From Octopus vulgaris (lineage: Eukaryota): a stretch of 64,000 bases of DNA. This document shows positions 1 to 12,680 of the stretch, piece after piece. Below the pieces are notes generated by a model that saw only the letters and a list, made by a program, of their open reading frames with translations, made no database searches and had not been told where the DNA came from. The stretch spans positions 44,702,001 to 44,766,000 of the forward strand of contig OX597830.1 in assembly GCA_951406725.2 (NCBI GenBank), given 5' to 3'. The position numbers were made by a program, and so were the translations under genes. Position 1 is the stretch's first letter, and each line of letters opens with the position of its first letter.

Positions 1-1121
1 GCTTCAAGCATATAGTTTCCATCCGGATATTGTACGATGGGTTGGTGCCTTCCTCTCAGATCGCTCTTTCCAAGTCCAAGTTAATGGTTCGCGGTCCGAC
101 GTCTCCAGTGCGAGCTTTGGCGTGCCTCAAGGTTCAGTGCTTGGGCCCTTATTGTTCTTAGTCTTCATAAATGACTTGCCCGACGATCTCACGCAACACA
201 CCCTTCTATTTGCCGACGATGTCAAACTGGTCGCTCCTCGCGGTGATATAGAGGATCTTCGTCGATGCCTCCACCAAATTTGGAAATGGTCTAACGAATG
301 GGACCTGTGTCTGAACGTGTCAAAGTGCTGTCATCTGCCTGTTGGCTCTCCTCCTGCAACTTAACTTGATTTCGAGCCGGGTCGTCTGCTGCTGGAGAGG
401 ACCGACCAGGTAAAGGACCTGGGTATCTTGGTGGATTCCTCCTTTTCGCCTTCGGCCCAGTGCGTCCATGCTGCCAACAAAGCACGCGGAATTCTATTCT
501 TGATTCGACGGTCATTCGGAATGCTCACAGCAGCCATATTCCTACCGCTCTATATCACGCTGGTGAGACCCATATTGGAGTACGGGATTCAAGCCTCTTC
601 TCCTTATCTCCTCAAAGACATACAGCATCTCGAAAGAGTCCAGAAGCTGGCTACCCGCATGGTTCTTGGTCTCAAAAATTTGTCTTATGAAGAAAGGCTG
701 AAGACGCTCGACCTTTATTCTCTAGAAAAACGACGACGCCGTGGAGATCTCATTCTTGCTCACAACATCATAAGCGGAAAGTGTAACCTCTCGAAAGAGC
801 TGTTCTTCACTCCTGCTCCAGAGCGTCGGCTGCAGGGTCATTCCGAAAAGCTCTATCAGCGACGATTTCATCTCAATCGAAGGAGAGGGGCTTTCTCCGT
901 CCGGGTTGCGGATCCGTGGAATAAGCTGCCAGAAAAGATGGATCCGTGGAATAAGCTGCCAGAAAAGATGGTGAAGATGCCGACGACCGCTCGGTTCAAA
1001 GTCTCCCTTGACCTCAAGTGGCCTGAACTCTTTACATGAACACCACCTTGTACATAACTCCATGTCCCCTACATGGCCTTGCTTTTTGCTTTTTGAGCCA
1101 AAAAATTAACTAACTAACTAA
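1..1121 (+). mobile_element. CR1/L2-clade LINE, 3' part (RT C-terminal half plus 3' UTR), disrupted; runs off the window start
   Basis: ORFs 122-364 and 428-1039 carry PQGSVLGPLLF, LFADDVKL, VRPILEYG, LERVQKLATRM and RRRRGDLI motifs typical of CR1-like RT. A stop at ~362 splits the frame. (AACT)n tail at ~1107-1121. Confidence 0.9.
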
Positions 1122-1346
1122 TACAGAATATCATTTCAAAATTGGTACAGTCAGTAAAAAAGAAGTAAAGAAGTAAAAAGTGTTCAGACTTGAGGGTGAA
1201 CTATAGCTATGCTTTTTTCTATCTATTTATAGACAAGCAGACAATGAATGATATTTTTAATGTTAATATACATTTTCACAATCCCTTCTATGAACTCTAC
1301 CTAACTTAGTTTTCTACCAAATTATATGTAGTTAAGTTCATTATTT

Positions 1347-1392
<46 letters not shown>

Positions 1393-1779
1393 ATGTATAC
1401 AAAACAATTCAGAAGGATCTGAGTAAAGTAGTTTTGGGTTCATCATCATCATCATTTAACATCCATGTTCCATGCTGGCATGAGTTGGTCATGGTAATTA
1501 GACAGAACATAAGAAGTAGAAAGGTTACATTCTCAGGTATAATGACTCAACAATAGATAATGCACATTTCTATGTATTAATCATTTCAAGCAGTTATATT
1601 TTATATATGTACAAGTGAATTAATCATATTAATAACATCTCTCCTTTTTGTGTTACTTCCCATATCTCTTTCCCAGTTTTCAGAGTTGGCACTATAAATG
1701 TAAGCACATTGAAAAGCAGGTGTAGCGGGATTGAAGAGATGCTTGAACAGGCAAAGAACATAGGTATAAACCCTTCTGG

Positions 1780-2043
1780 AAATGTAATAGTGACTGAATA
1801 AGGGATGTAGGTATACTTCTTGCAGAAACATAGGTGGATAAGGCCGTAGAGGTAGCGAGGGTGTGCGAGAAAATACTTAAACTCAGGCTAGTCTTGCAGA
1901 ATGGTATAGCTACAATTATCTCCGCCTACCCCCACAAGCGGGCCTACCAAATGAACAGAATTATCTCTTTTATGATATTCTTCTGCATGCTACCTCAAAG
2001 ACGAATGATAATGATCTCATCTTTGTAGCTGGAGATTTTAATG
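1780..2043 (+). mobile_element. Degenerate APE-endonuclease fragment of an RTE-like LINE
   Basis: Translates across frameshifts to ...VGILLAE..VDKAVEV...ATIISAYP...FVAGDFN (APE motifs). Ends abruptly where the next element begins. Confidence 0.7.
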
Positions 2044-2480
2044 TTAACGGTTCCTCATGAAGATAATATGGACGCCGCACGGGCTCGAAAATTTAACCGT
2101 TATGTAAACCTCCTCGAGGAATGTGAAGACGCAGGCTGGAAAGCGGAACATTTTCCAATCGAAGTCGGATGTAGAGGGTTCGTTGGACACAGTGTGAGAC
2201 GACTCTTGCTATCGCTAGGCCTAACTCATCGTAAAGTCAATACCACCATGACTGATATCCAATCTACAGTGGAGAAGGCTAGCCACTGGATTTGGTTAAA
2301 AAGAGACGATGAGCGATGGCTAGAAGGATATTGAGCTTAATTTGATAACCAGCTGATCTAGCAAGCTGTGAGGGGGGGGGGGGGCGCATTGATTCCGTCG
2401 AGAAGTAGTCCCCGAAACGGCGTGCATTCTCTCCTGATGACCCCCCACACTTGCTGGCTTCCGGTATACGGAGCTTTTGA
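2044..2480 (+). mobile_element. 5'-truncated HERO/R2-superfamily non-LTR retrotransposon 3' end (restriction-like endonuclease C-terminus plus structured 3' UTR)
   Basis: ORF 2041-2334 LTVPHEDNMDAARARKFNRYVNLLEECEDAGWKAEHFPIEVGCRGF...EKASHWIWLKR matches the ELTVPxE...KY..L...GW....PVEVGCRGF RLE signature. A GC-rich UTR follows. Confidence 0.8.
2358..2457 (+). ncRNA. Putative non-circularly permuted hammerhead ribozyme
   Basis: GUC 2397-2399, GAAA 2414-2417, CUGAUGA 2434-2440. Stem III CCGU/ACGG, stem I GAGA/UCUC. The G-run 2372-2385 can pair with both GUCCCC (2408-2413) and CCCCCC (2441-2446). Outer stem CUAGCAAG/CUUGCUGG. Confidence 0.6.
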
Positions 2481-2544
2481 CTGGTAGCACTTGCATGTGC
2501 AAGTTGTTTGCAAGACATGTGTGGGTGATTATCACTGTTTGCAT

Positions 2545-2677
2545 ATGTGTATGTATGTATGTATGTATGTATGTATGTATGTATGTATGTATGTATGTAT
2601 GCATGTATGTATGTATGTATGTATGTATGTATGTATGTATGTATGTATGTATGTATGTATGTATGTATGTATGTATG
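2545..2677. repeat. (TATG)n microsatellite
   Basis: Direct reading. Confidence 0.95.
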
Positions 2678-2740
2678 AAAATTATTTTGAGATTTTGAAA
2701 AAGAACGTCTGAATCATATTTTGTTTAAATGTAGAAACAG

Positions 2741-2903
2741 AATGAATTTCGAAAAAGTTCAAAAGTGAAGATTTTGTGGTGTAGTTGGATGAAAAGTTAA
2801 TAAAAACAATATTGTTTTTAAAATGAATTTCGAAAAAGTTCAAAAGTGAAGATTTTGTGGTGTAGTTGGATGAAAAGTTAATAAAAACAATATTGTTTTT
2901 AAA
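2741..2903. repeat. Exact ~81-bp tandem duplication
   Basis: aatgaatttcgaaaaagttcaaaagtgaag...aatattgtttttaa occurs twice back to back (2741 and 2822). Confidence 0.9.
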
Positions 2904-3759
2904 ATATCGGAATAGAGTGTCGAAACTACAGGGAGAAACTATAAATTATAGATTTTTAAATGGAATTGATTAACATTCCTAAGAGTTCACAGATAACGAA
3001 ACAGGTGTTACATCATTTCTGCAAAAGTTCGAAAGCATTTGATCAGGGATCAGAAAATTAGCCAAAGGTTTGAGGATAAACACAATAATCATAAAACAGA
3101 TACATACCATTGTCAACTTCGAGTCAGATTATGTAAGCCAAACTGTTCAATGCAGCTACTTGTATCATAATGTTGCGTGCGGTCTAAACCTGACACCCAC
3201 ACATTCAATAGTAAAGCGCATTGAAGTATAAAAGAGGTCATACTGATTTTAAAGAAAAGACGATAAGCTTACACTGAAAGACAAATCTATTTATCAGGAG
3301 GCCGTCACTGCTGCAATTTGCCACTCCTATATAAAGATCATACAATGCATTCTAATCGTGACAAAACTTAATAATACACTAAATGACACTTAAAATAGGC
3401 GTCCTTCCAGATTTTATGAAACTTTTTATTTACTGACTCGGTCAAATGAGAAAATTTGTATACATACGTAATCCAATATACATTCATGTAGACATCCATC
3501 CGTACATCCATCCATTCATCCGTTCATATATACATACATACATATATACATACATACACACATACATACATATATACATGCATACACACATACATAAACA
3601 CATGCTTATATACATAGATGCATAAATTTATGGATACATATGCATATATATAAATACATGAATGCATACGTATATATATATATATATATATACATACGTA
3701 CATGCTTATATACATACAAACATGCATACATACAGACATACATACATAATCTTTTAACC

Positions 3760-4710
3760 ACCAAATGTCTAAGTGCATCTCTTGACCAGGTTTGCATATA
3801 TGAGGCTAAGATCATAAGACTTGGAAAGCGGCTCCTTGAGCAGCATTTCTTGTCTGATAAGCTTAAATACATGTCAAAAAAGCCGCACGACTCTACCACG
3901 GTATGTCATCAGATGAAAGGATGAGCGCATATCAGCAGAAGCCCATGCATGTATATGTGAGTAGGAAGCACCGAGATAATAGTAACATTTGTCATTAAAG
4001 CAGTCTATTATAGACCAACAACCAGATTCCTACTTCCCACCTTGACTTGAAGGGTAGCCGGTTGCAATCCAGGGATATGAAATATCAACCAAATATACGA
4101 TGCACAAAAGAAGAGAGATACATAAAAAGCAGTAATATATGACAACCTATACAGTTGTTCGAAAACGTCGTCACAGTATTAGCTACCGATGAGATATGAT
4201 GTAGTAGCTAGGACATTGTATATAACGAGTTCCGTCGGAAGCATAAACCCGAGAACAAAGAAGAACCCACGGTATGGTAGACTCCATATCCACTTATAAT
4301 AAAAAGGAGTACTGGTGAAATGCTCCACTGGAAACCTCAATAAATTATAAACATATTATACCTGGTATAATCATTTGGGATAGAGAAGAGAGACTGTGTA
4401 TATTTGTGGAAATCAACTCCCCAGCAGATATTAACATAAAGCCGAAGAGGAGCGAAAGAGAAAATACGCTGAAAAATAAAATACCTACGCAAAATCTGCA
4501 GTTACTCTAACCAGATTACAAGTTCATGTTTATACCTGTAATTATTAGGGCACTGGAATATGTAACACAATGCTTAATTACCAATCTTGAGTAATTGGAC
4601 TTCTCAAACTCAGAAAGAAGAAAGCTAATTCGAAGACTACAGATCCAAGCAATCAATGGAACTCTAAATATCTTATACAATTTTCCAGAGGCTTATCATT
4701 TAAGTATATA
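3760..4710 (+). mobile_element. Highly decayed R4/Dong-like retrotransposon 3' region (RLE domain)
   Basis: Frameshifted remnants such as IIWDREERLCIFVEI..PADINIK and YKFMFIPVIIRAL, similar in layout to the better-preserved copy at 49.8-50.3 kb. Confidence 0.55.
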
Positions 4711-5149
4711 TGAGTATGTCTAGATATGCAAGTATATGCATTGGAATACATACATAAAACAAAACATACAAATTTGCACATACACAAATATTTGATTTAT
4801 ATTTTTGAAATTCAAATGAAGAAGAATTGGTTCTGGATTAGAAACCGGCTCCTCTATTGTCAAGAAAGCTTGAAATAAAACTGAATAAAACTGAATTCTG
4901 GCATACATACATAAATGCTTGCATACATACATAAATAGATATATATGCATACACACATGCTTGCATACATACATACATACATACACAAAAACACAAATCA
5001 GTACGTATACATATATACATACACACAAAAATATCCTGTTGTTGATGCTAAAATTACAATGAAGGAGCCTTGGATTTTTGTTAGGAAACCGGCCCTTTCT
5101 CTTTTGGCAAGAAATCTTGAAATAAAACTGAATAAGGAAATACGTACAT

Positions 5150-5645
5150 TCTCAAAGGCTACAGAGCTGCAGTTTGGCCAGGATAAATGTTGCTACATGG
5201 TTGTGAAATGAGGGAAACTGTAAGCAAGACTAGCAAAATCTCCAACACTGACTTAACTGTTTCCTCTATATCTGATGAGGGATGTTACAGGCACCAAGGA
5301 GTGGAAGAGAACATATCATACAATGACACATGTAACAACAAATCATGTGTCATTAAAGAATGTTATAGTCGAATAAAGAAAATTTGGACCCAGAACTCTG
5401 CATTCAGAAAAAAAAAAACTGTGACTCACAATGTATTTGCTGTGCCAATACTCATACCAACATTTAGGCTGGTTGATTGGATGCTCGATGAGATCCGAAC
5501 TATTGATGTGAAAACCCCAAACATGCTAACCAGCAGACACAAGTTCCACATCAACAGTGACGTACAACGCCAATACCTAAAACGAAAACAAGGCAGCAGG
5601 GGTTTAATATCAATCCAGACTGCCTTTAAATGTCGTATCCCTTCG
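5150..5645 (+). mobile_element. Decayed R4/Dong-like RT C-terminal fragment
   Basis: LQFGQDKC, YRHQGVEE, HNVFAVPILIPTF..VDW...EIRTIDVKT and HINSDVQRQYLKRKQGSRGL (ORF 5187-5687). Confidence 0.75.
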
Positions 5646-6281
5646 GCAACATTATTTAAGTGCCAAGTGTCGACGTGCATCCTCTGAGTCATCAAAGGAG
5701 TACTTTGATGATACTTTTGAGCTGCTGCTAATCTTACGAACGAAATGTTGCACAGAAACACGGCATAATAAACAATTTCTTGCAGCTTCAATAGATCACT
5801 ATCTCTTTTGTTTGTTAGGTATTTCATCGCAATTTCATTTTCTTGGATTGCAAACGCATAGTCGTTGTATTGTGATGTGTTGTAGTGGTCAAGATTGCAA
5901 CAGATGTTTCATGTCCATAGGATTGTCTTCCTTCAGAATCGTTAGCACTTCGAGCAAAATGCTTAACGGTATTTCGTCCGTGTCTACGCTCTGAGTAGAA
6001 AATCCTCTGATGTCGACTTTACCATTCATGGCTTCATAAAATAAATACCAGTTTAGAATGTTTTTTTATTAAGTCTAGCTGGGTTTGTTTCGTTGTTTTT
6101 ATTAGAGATACCTCCCAATCCAGACAATACGAACACTCTCACTACAAATCCCTATAATTAAAATACCGTTAATTATCTTTCTCACTGCTGCTCATCTCAG
6201 TCATCCTCGACAAGATCGACAGCGATAAAATGTGCTTTTGGACCACATCTTAATAATGTGCTTATGAGTGTATGTGTGTGT

Positions 6282-6322
<41 letters not shown>

Positions 6323-6979
6323 CTTGTATGCATGTATGTGGTTATGAGTGCATGTATTTATGTATGGATGTAATTATGTGTCTGTATACATGTACGTCTT
6401 TCTTTTTCTCTTTTTAAATTAGAGTAATTTAGGCCTGAACAACTACATTTTTTTCTTTATTGCACTTGAGCCTAAACAAGGACTGGCAAAGGGTTAGAGT
6501 CGATTACATCAACCCCAGTGCGTAACTGGTACTTATTTAATCGACTTATTCCTCCTTCAAGTGTTTTATGCTATCCTCCGTCCTCGACCTGACCTTCCAT
6601 CCCTGATATGGATATTGCTACGAGTTTAATGCTCCTTCAAAATCAAGGAGTGATTGCAAAACAATGAACTACTGATGATTATATTGTAGCTGTACTTGCT
6701 GCATTATTGTTCAAGCGTTTGTTAATTAACAGAAATGTCACTGGAGTGTCAAGTTCCCGAAAAATTGTATTTGTGCATTGCGTCTCTGACAGTTTTATTC
6801 TGCAAATTATGCTTGCTGTAATTTTTAATTGATACTTTTTCTACCTTAATTTGAATTATCCTAGTCTTGAGTAATTGCGATGTAACCAAAGAACACATTG
6901 TAATTTAAACTTCTCCAGGAATATTAATTTAAGCAAAAGGATAGATAAAAGCAAAAGTTTGCAATTCATTGCACTCCTC

Positions 6980-6982
<3 letters not shown>

Positions 6983-7063
<81 letters not shown>
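6983..7063. repeat. (TA)n microsatellite
   Basis: Direct reading. Confidence 0.95.
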
Positions 7064-7067
<4 letters not shown>

Positions 7068-7696
7068 AGAGTAAACAATAGCTTTAATGATTTTTTAAAA
7101 AAAACAACAATTATTTACTGGTAGATTTCGGCATGTAAATATAACCATTAACGGTGGGAACTTCTATAAAAGTTCAATATATATTTTGTATATAAATAAA
7201 AAAAGGCAGGCAACATGTTGCTCAGCCACATACCGAAAAAATTAGAAATAGCAGTCAAAGACTATTTATTTCTATTTTCTACAAATAAGACTCCACATAC
7301 GACATTTTTTGTACACACAATTTTTTGCACATGATGAAGGGTTTGCCAATTGTTGATGTAGCTCCCAAAAAATATATTTGAGCTTCATGTTACCCATATA
7401 TTCATTAGTTAAATATTTCAGTATGTTGGGACTGATAAAGTAGCATGAAGTATCATGAAAGCCTAACTACTCTGTGCCTTCTGCGCGCTGAAAGCAGCCC
7501 TCTAAAATGGCATGGCATTGCTTCTCAATATTTATAATACTGCCACCTGGCGTGTGTGTTTGTGTGTGTGGTTGGCGCATCTGTACAATGCTGTCGTGTT
7601 TGGCACCGATTTTGGAATACTGTTAAATAAATAATTCAAGTATTTTAAATGTAGTATGCGAACAAATTGTTTTTTGTCACAATTCACAACATCGAA

Positions 7697-7715
7697 ACAC
7701 ACACACACACACACG

Positions 7716-7795
<80 letters not shown>
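7697..7795. repeat. (CA)n microsatellite just upstream of the triplication start
   Basis: Direct reading. Confidence 0.95.
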
Positions 7796-7797
<2 letters not shown>

Positions 7798-8169
7798 AAT
7801 TTGTATCATAAACCGTGAATCCTCGAAATTTTTCTGAATATATCGCTTTTCCATTTGTAAATTATTTTCAAACTTTAATAAAGAACGTATGTATCATACT
7901 GTCCTGTTTTAAACATTGAAACGAAAATATATAAAAGGAATTTCGAAAAAACTTCAAAAGTAAAGACATTGTTGGGGTTGGGTTAGCAAATAAATAAAAC
8001 TATTTTTCCGTGGTTTCTTAATCAGTCTCTTTGCAATTAATATCGGAATAGACTATCCAAAACTACCCAGAAAAACAATTAGTTATAGATTTTTAAATGG
8101 AATTCTTTGATTAAAACACCAGCAAGTAGGAGTTACTTTATTTCTGCAAAAATATGAGGAATGATTACG

Positions 8170-8443
8170 GAGATGTACTTGCATAGCGAGTGACTTGATC
8201 TGAGATCGTGTGCTGGAACGAAAACAATTGCAGCGTGGAAGTTGTTTATAAGCCATTTAAGAAACACACAAAACCGTTAGATTCACTTCAACATTTAAAT
8301 TTAATTTGTCAAAATATTTTCATCGCTTTGAGACCGCGACCTGTTCCCTAACAAAGCTTCGTTGCTAAAGCGACGAAAACATTTTGACAAATTAAATATA
8401 AATGTTGAAGTGAATCTAACGGTTTTGTGTGTTTCTTAAATGG
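8170..8443. mobile_element. Short fold-back insertion (PLE-like, inverted pseudo-LTR) with 77-bp inverted arms; also at ~15378-15651 and ~22586-22859
   Basis: Arms 8253-8329 and 8367-8443 are near-perfect reverse complements. Flanked by the direct repeat ggaatgat(t/c)acg (8158-8169, 8444-8455). Absent from the paralogous segment at ~3010-3050. Confidence 0.7.
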
Positions 8444-8765
8444 GGAATGATCACGATTTTAAAAACCTTTGATAAGGGATCAGAGCGATCAGTTACAGCT
8501 TGACGATAAACAACAAAGTCATTAAATATGATAAAACAGATTCCACTGCCAACATTTGAAGCAGTCATTCTAGATTACATGTGAGAGACGCAACACATTC
8601 TCACATTTATAAAGTCAAACAGAATATCTTCTCAATAACAATCAGTCAACATAATATTGCAACATAAATCCGACAAATAAAGTACACGAAACGTATTGAA
8701 CGGTGACGTAGACCATACTAAATTAACAAATTCGGTAAAATGGGCTTTTGTATAGATATATGCAC

Positions 8766-8809
<44 letters not shown>

Positions 8810-8979
8810 ATATATATATATGTCTGTATGTATGTATGTATGTATGTATGTATGTATGTATGTATGTATGTATGTATGTGTGTATGTATGTATGTATGTA
8901 TAGACAGATAGATAGATAGATGGATAGATATGAAAACATACACATACGTGCACAAATGTACATACAAATATATTTGCTT

Positions 8980-11900
8980 ATAGCTATCCGTCAATGTTAA
9001 CGACGACATTGTCCTCTAGGAGTCTTATCCTACATTTTGTGAGTTGACCGATGTGAAAACAATTTGATCCTGGAATGGCATGTCCTTGAACGCAGATGAC
9101 AAGGGAAGCTGCTCATTATGTTGATGGGGAGTCTGAAATGACGTTGAAGTCTCTTTTCCTCAAGCCTCTCACGTCGGATTAGTTCAAAGTGTGAAGCTCC
9201 TTCGTCGCCGAGGGAACGCCAGATTTGCCGGTTGTGAGCAAAGTATTCAAGTTGTGCCGGTTGAATATTGCGGGAGTTAAGGACAAGCTAAAGATGATCC
9301 CGGAATCTCATTTTCGGAGGCGTCCAAAGGAGGAGGAGGTGATCCGTCGTAGAACGTCATCGACGATATGTCCATTTTGTGATATGTCCATTTTACCTAG
9401 GTTAAAAAAGTCAACGTTTGACAGAAGTGTGTCGTTTATATATAGTTATGTTGCATAGTTATGTTTTTTTTTATTAAATACGTTTGCATGATCTCGTTGT
9501 GTTTTTTATGTTGATGTTAAGACCCAGACGAATATAGGTTTCATCCATGGCACTTAAGAATCGCTGGAGTGAGGCTGTTTTCTGAGCAGTGGCAGCGGTA
9601 ACATTTGCATACCGGAGCTCAAATATCTGTTGATGCTAGAGTTTTCGCTTTGAGCCGGTGGGTCTTAAAATTACTGCCATCATAGCGATAACGGGTTCTT
9701 ATGCTATCGTCGGTACTCTGTTGGACCTAGGAGAGGAGAGTTACAGCTATGTAGATGCTGAACAAAACAGGAGTGAGAACGCAACCCTGTTTGACTCCCG
9801 GTTTAACTCTGAATTGTTCTGAAGACGCTCCACCAAGACAGACTCTGGTTAGCATTCCGTTGTGGAATTTGCAGATAAAAGTTAAAGCAGTTGGAGGATA
9901 ACCAAAGTTTTCATAAAATGTCACAATCAACGGTGTCAAAAGCATTCGTCATATCGAAGAAACCAAAATTCATTTTTGTTGTTCTCTGCATTTTTCGAGA
10001 AGTAAACGTGCACCAAATATCAAATCAATTGTGCTCATGTAAACCACATTGAGATTCAGAGATGGTGCGGTCCGACACGAAGATAAGAAGATGGCGGGGA
10101 ATAATGCGTGCAAGAATGTTGCAAGACACATCCAGAGGCTTCTGCTGTTACTGCAGTCGGATCGATTGCCTTTTCTTTTGTAAATGCAAATAATGTTGGT
10201 ATTTATTTTTGTTTGTTTGTTTTTCCAACAGAGAACTAGGAAAGAGTGAAGATATGATGCAAGTTGCGGTCCGCCGTATTTCCAAACCTCTCCAGGGATA
10301 CCGTCTTCGTCAGGAGACTTCTTATTCTTTTGGGAGTGCAGTACCTTCTAGACTTCGTCTTGACTGAGTTCAGCTGCTATTTCTTCGATGATTTGAAGTT
10401 TTGGAAGCTCATCTAAAATCGATGTATCTGTCCATCGTTAAGGTTCTTATTGTTTTCTTTAATTAGAGTAGAGCCGTCAGCGATACAGATAGGTGCAATC
10501 AGGCAATGCGAAGGACCGAAGTTGTCTTTGAACGAGTCGTAGAGTTCATAAGTTTTCTTTTCTTCAGTGAATTGTTGGATCTTTTCGGAGTTGCAGAGCC
10601 ACCAACCATTCTGTGGGGCCTCAGCCCTAAGGTTATGCTAGTTTGGGACTAAGAAACGAAGATTTGAGAGGTGGGCGCTATGAGCACGGTTTTTCGCCTG
10701 CAAAAGGGGTTGGATAATGTCTGCATTATCCACATGCATTCATGTGGGATTTTCCAATAGTGGGTTCAGAATGGATGTGTCGAATGATGGAGAGCGCAGA
10801 GTTCCAGAGTAAGTTGAGTTCATTCTGATACTGTTCGACCTCGATTACTTCCCTATGTTATTTTCCATATTGCGAGGGAGTTCTTGTAGAACTGGTAGAA
10901 CTAGAACAACTGGGCAGACAGTAGCGACGTTTTTTGTTTTTGGAGCTTAGCTTGTTTTGTTGTGCTGGAAAGACGGGCCACATTGAGTTTTGGAAACACT
11001 TTAGCTTTTTCTGGCCGGAGGGCAGATTTGAAGACATAGGTGCGCGCATCATATGGGGATCGGCCTAACATTCTGCACCGCGCTTGTATTTGATGTAGAA
11101 GGTATCGTTCTGATCATTTTGACGAACACTCACGTAATTGAGGAGATGCCATATCATGGAGCGAAGGTGTATCCTTCTCCAAGCTGAGTGTAGAGACTGG
11201 TAGGAGGCGTCTTTAGTTTCTTCATTAATACCTAACGTCGGGGCATATACACTGAAGATAGTGGCATGTACTTTGTTACTGAGGAGAATTCGAAAGGTCA
11301 TCTGCCGTTCAATTATATCGGTTGAAATCGAAGAGATGTTCTCCAGTAATGACCAACGGATAGCAAATCCTACACTATGAATTCTATTTTTGATTTGAAA
11401 AAGTCCTTTCCAGAAGTATGTGTATCTTTCATCAACTTCAGTGAGAGATCCGTCATCAGAGAATTTTGTTATGCTGAGTGCATATCCACATTGCACCCTT
11501 TCAGTTAAAAGGCGATGAGCGCGGTCCTAAGGTTGGGTCGATCGTGGTCATCACGGTCAATCAAAGTTCGTATGTTCCATGTAACGAAAAATGAGAGATT
11601 GTGATGGTTTTCTTATTAATCTTCGACCGCAGTATGGAGATGGCTTGCCAGGTGTGGTATTCTAGCTAGGTAAAAAGGACTGACATCTTTTAGACTACAT
11701 TTCCTAAGCCTCTCCTCAACTGAGGCACTGAGAGTCTTCAAAAGATCCTCCTGGTCACACAGATAGGACACAAATCGGTGTGCAGTCCCAGAGTCACATC
11801 GAGACCACCGTCTTGCCTGAACCACCAAGAAGGTGGGATAAGAGGTGTATAGGGTGATGGGACGGGCAGTTAGTCCCATTCGCACGCACCTGACTCTTGT

Positions 11901-12360
11901 TCAGCAGTACTTCGGTGACAAGAGAAATGTCCAAGACGACCAAAAGCTGTCAAGAAATTGCAGCTAGTTGCCGGAATCCAGGTTGCTACTCACTTGGGCA
12001 AGGTTTTAGGTTGGAGTTTCCATCTCGTAGAAAGATTGCCTCTCAAGGCTAATGAGCGCCATCTGCTCGCGAACAGAGCTATTTCTGAATGCTCTTTCAC
12101 CATCTCACAGAAAGGATATCTACGCCCACATCCACCGAGAACACAGTTGACCTTCAGTCGTAACCCTTACCATGAAGAAGCGTTATACCCCGTAATACAG
12201 GGCCCTTGCCTGAACTTGGCTGCTACTTTTACAGTACCTGCACCGCGACATGGAAGCGCTAGGTAAGAATTACCGCCGTATAAATTAGGGAAGATGACCC
12301 GAACTACCATCAACAAGGACCTTAGCTATCAGTAGCCAGGTCTCTATCGGAAGCCGGGAA
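8980..12360 (-). mobile_element. Near full-length but decayed RTE-clade LINE (copy 1)
   Basis: APE motifs (TWNIRTL, YTYFWKG, SVGFAI, ATIFSVYAPT) at 11060-11600. RT motif GVKQGCVLTPVLFSIY at ~9750-9800. Many stops and frameshifts. Confidence 0.88.
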
Positions 12361-12477
12361 TCATAAATATGTACAAATATAAAACATAAGATATGCTTTA
12401 TATATGTATAAAGATAAAAATAGAAAGCAACAGGATGCAATAGAATGTAGTAGAATAAGAATGAAAAAAATACACAT

Positions 12478-12680
12478 TCTTTTATTCTTTTACTTGTTTC
12501 AGTCATTTAACTGCGGCCATACTGGTGCACCGCCTTTAGTCGAACAAATCGACCCCAGGAATTATTCTTTGTAAGCCTGGTGCTTATTCTATCAGTCTTT
12601 TTTGCCAAACCGGTAGATTACGGGGAAGTAAACGTACCAACATCGGTTGTCAAGCAATGGTGTGGGACAAACACACAAAT
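12478..12680 (-). mobile_element. Partial tRNA-derived SINE, 3' portion only (also at ~19689-19891 and ~26893-27095)
   Basis: Matches the cttttacttgtttcagtcattt...aacatcggttgtcaagc part of the full SINE copies. Confidence 0.8.

Noticed and set aside
12280-12360. Possible HDV-like ribozyme at the RTE 5' end (minus strand)
   Set aside because: Only a partial P1-like pairing is visible. I could not build P2, P3 and P1.1 by eye.
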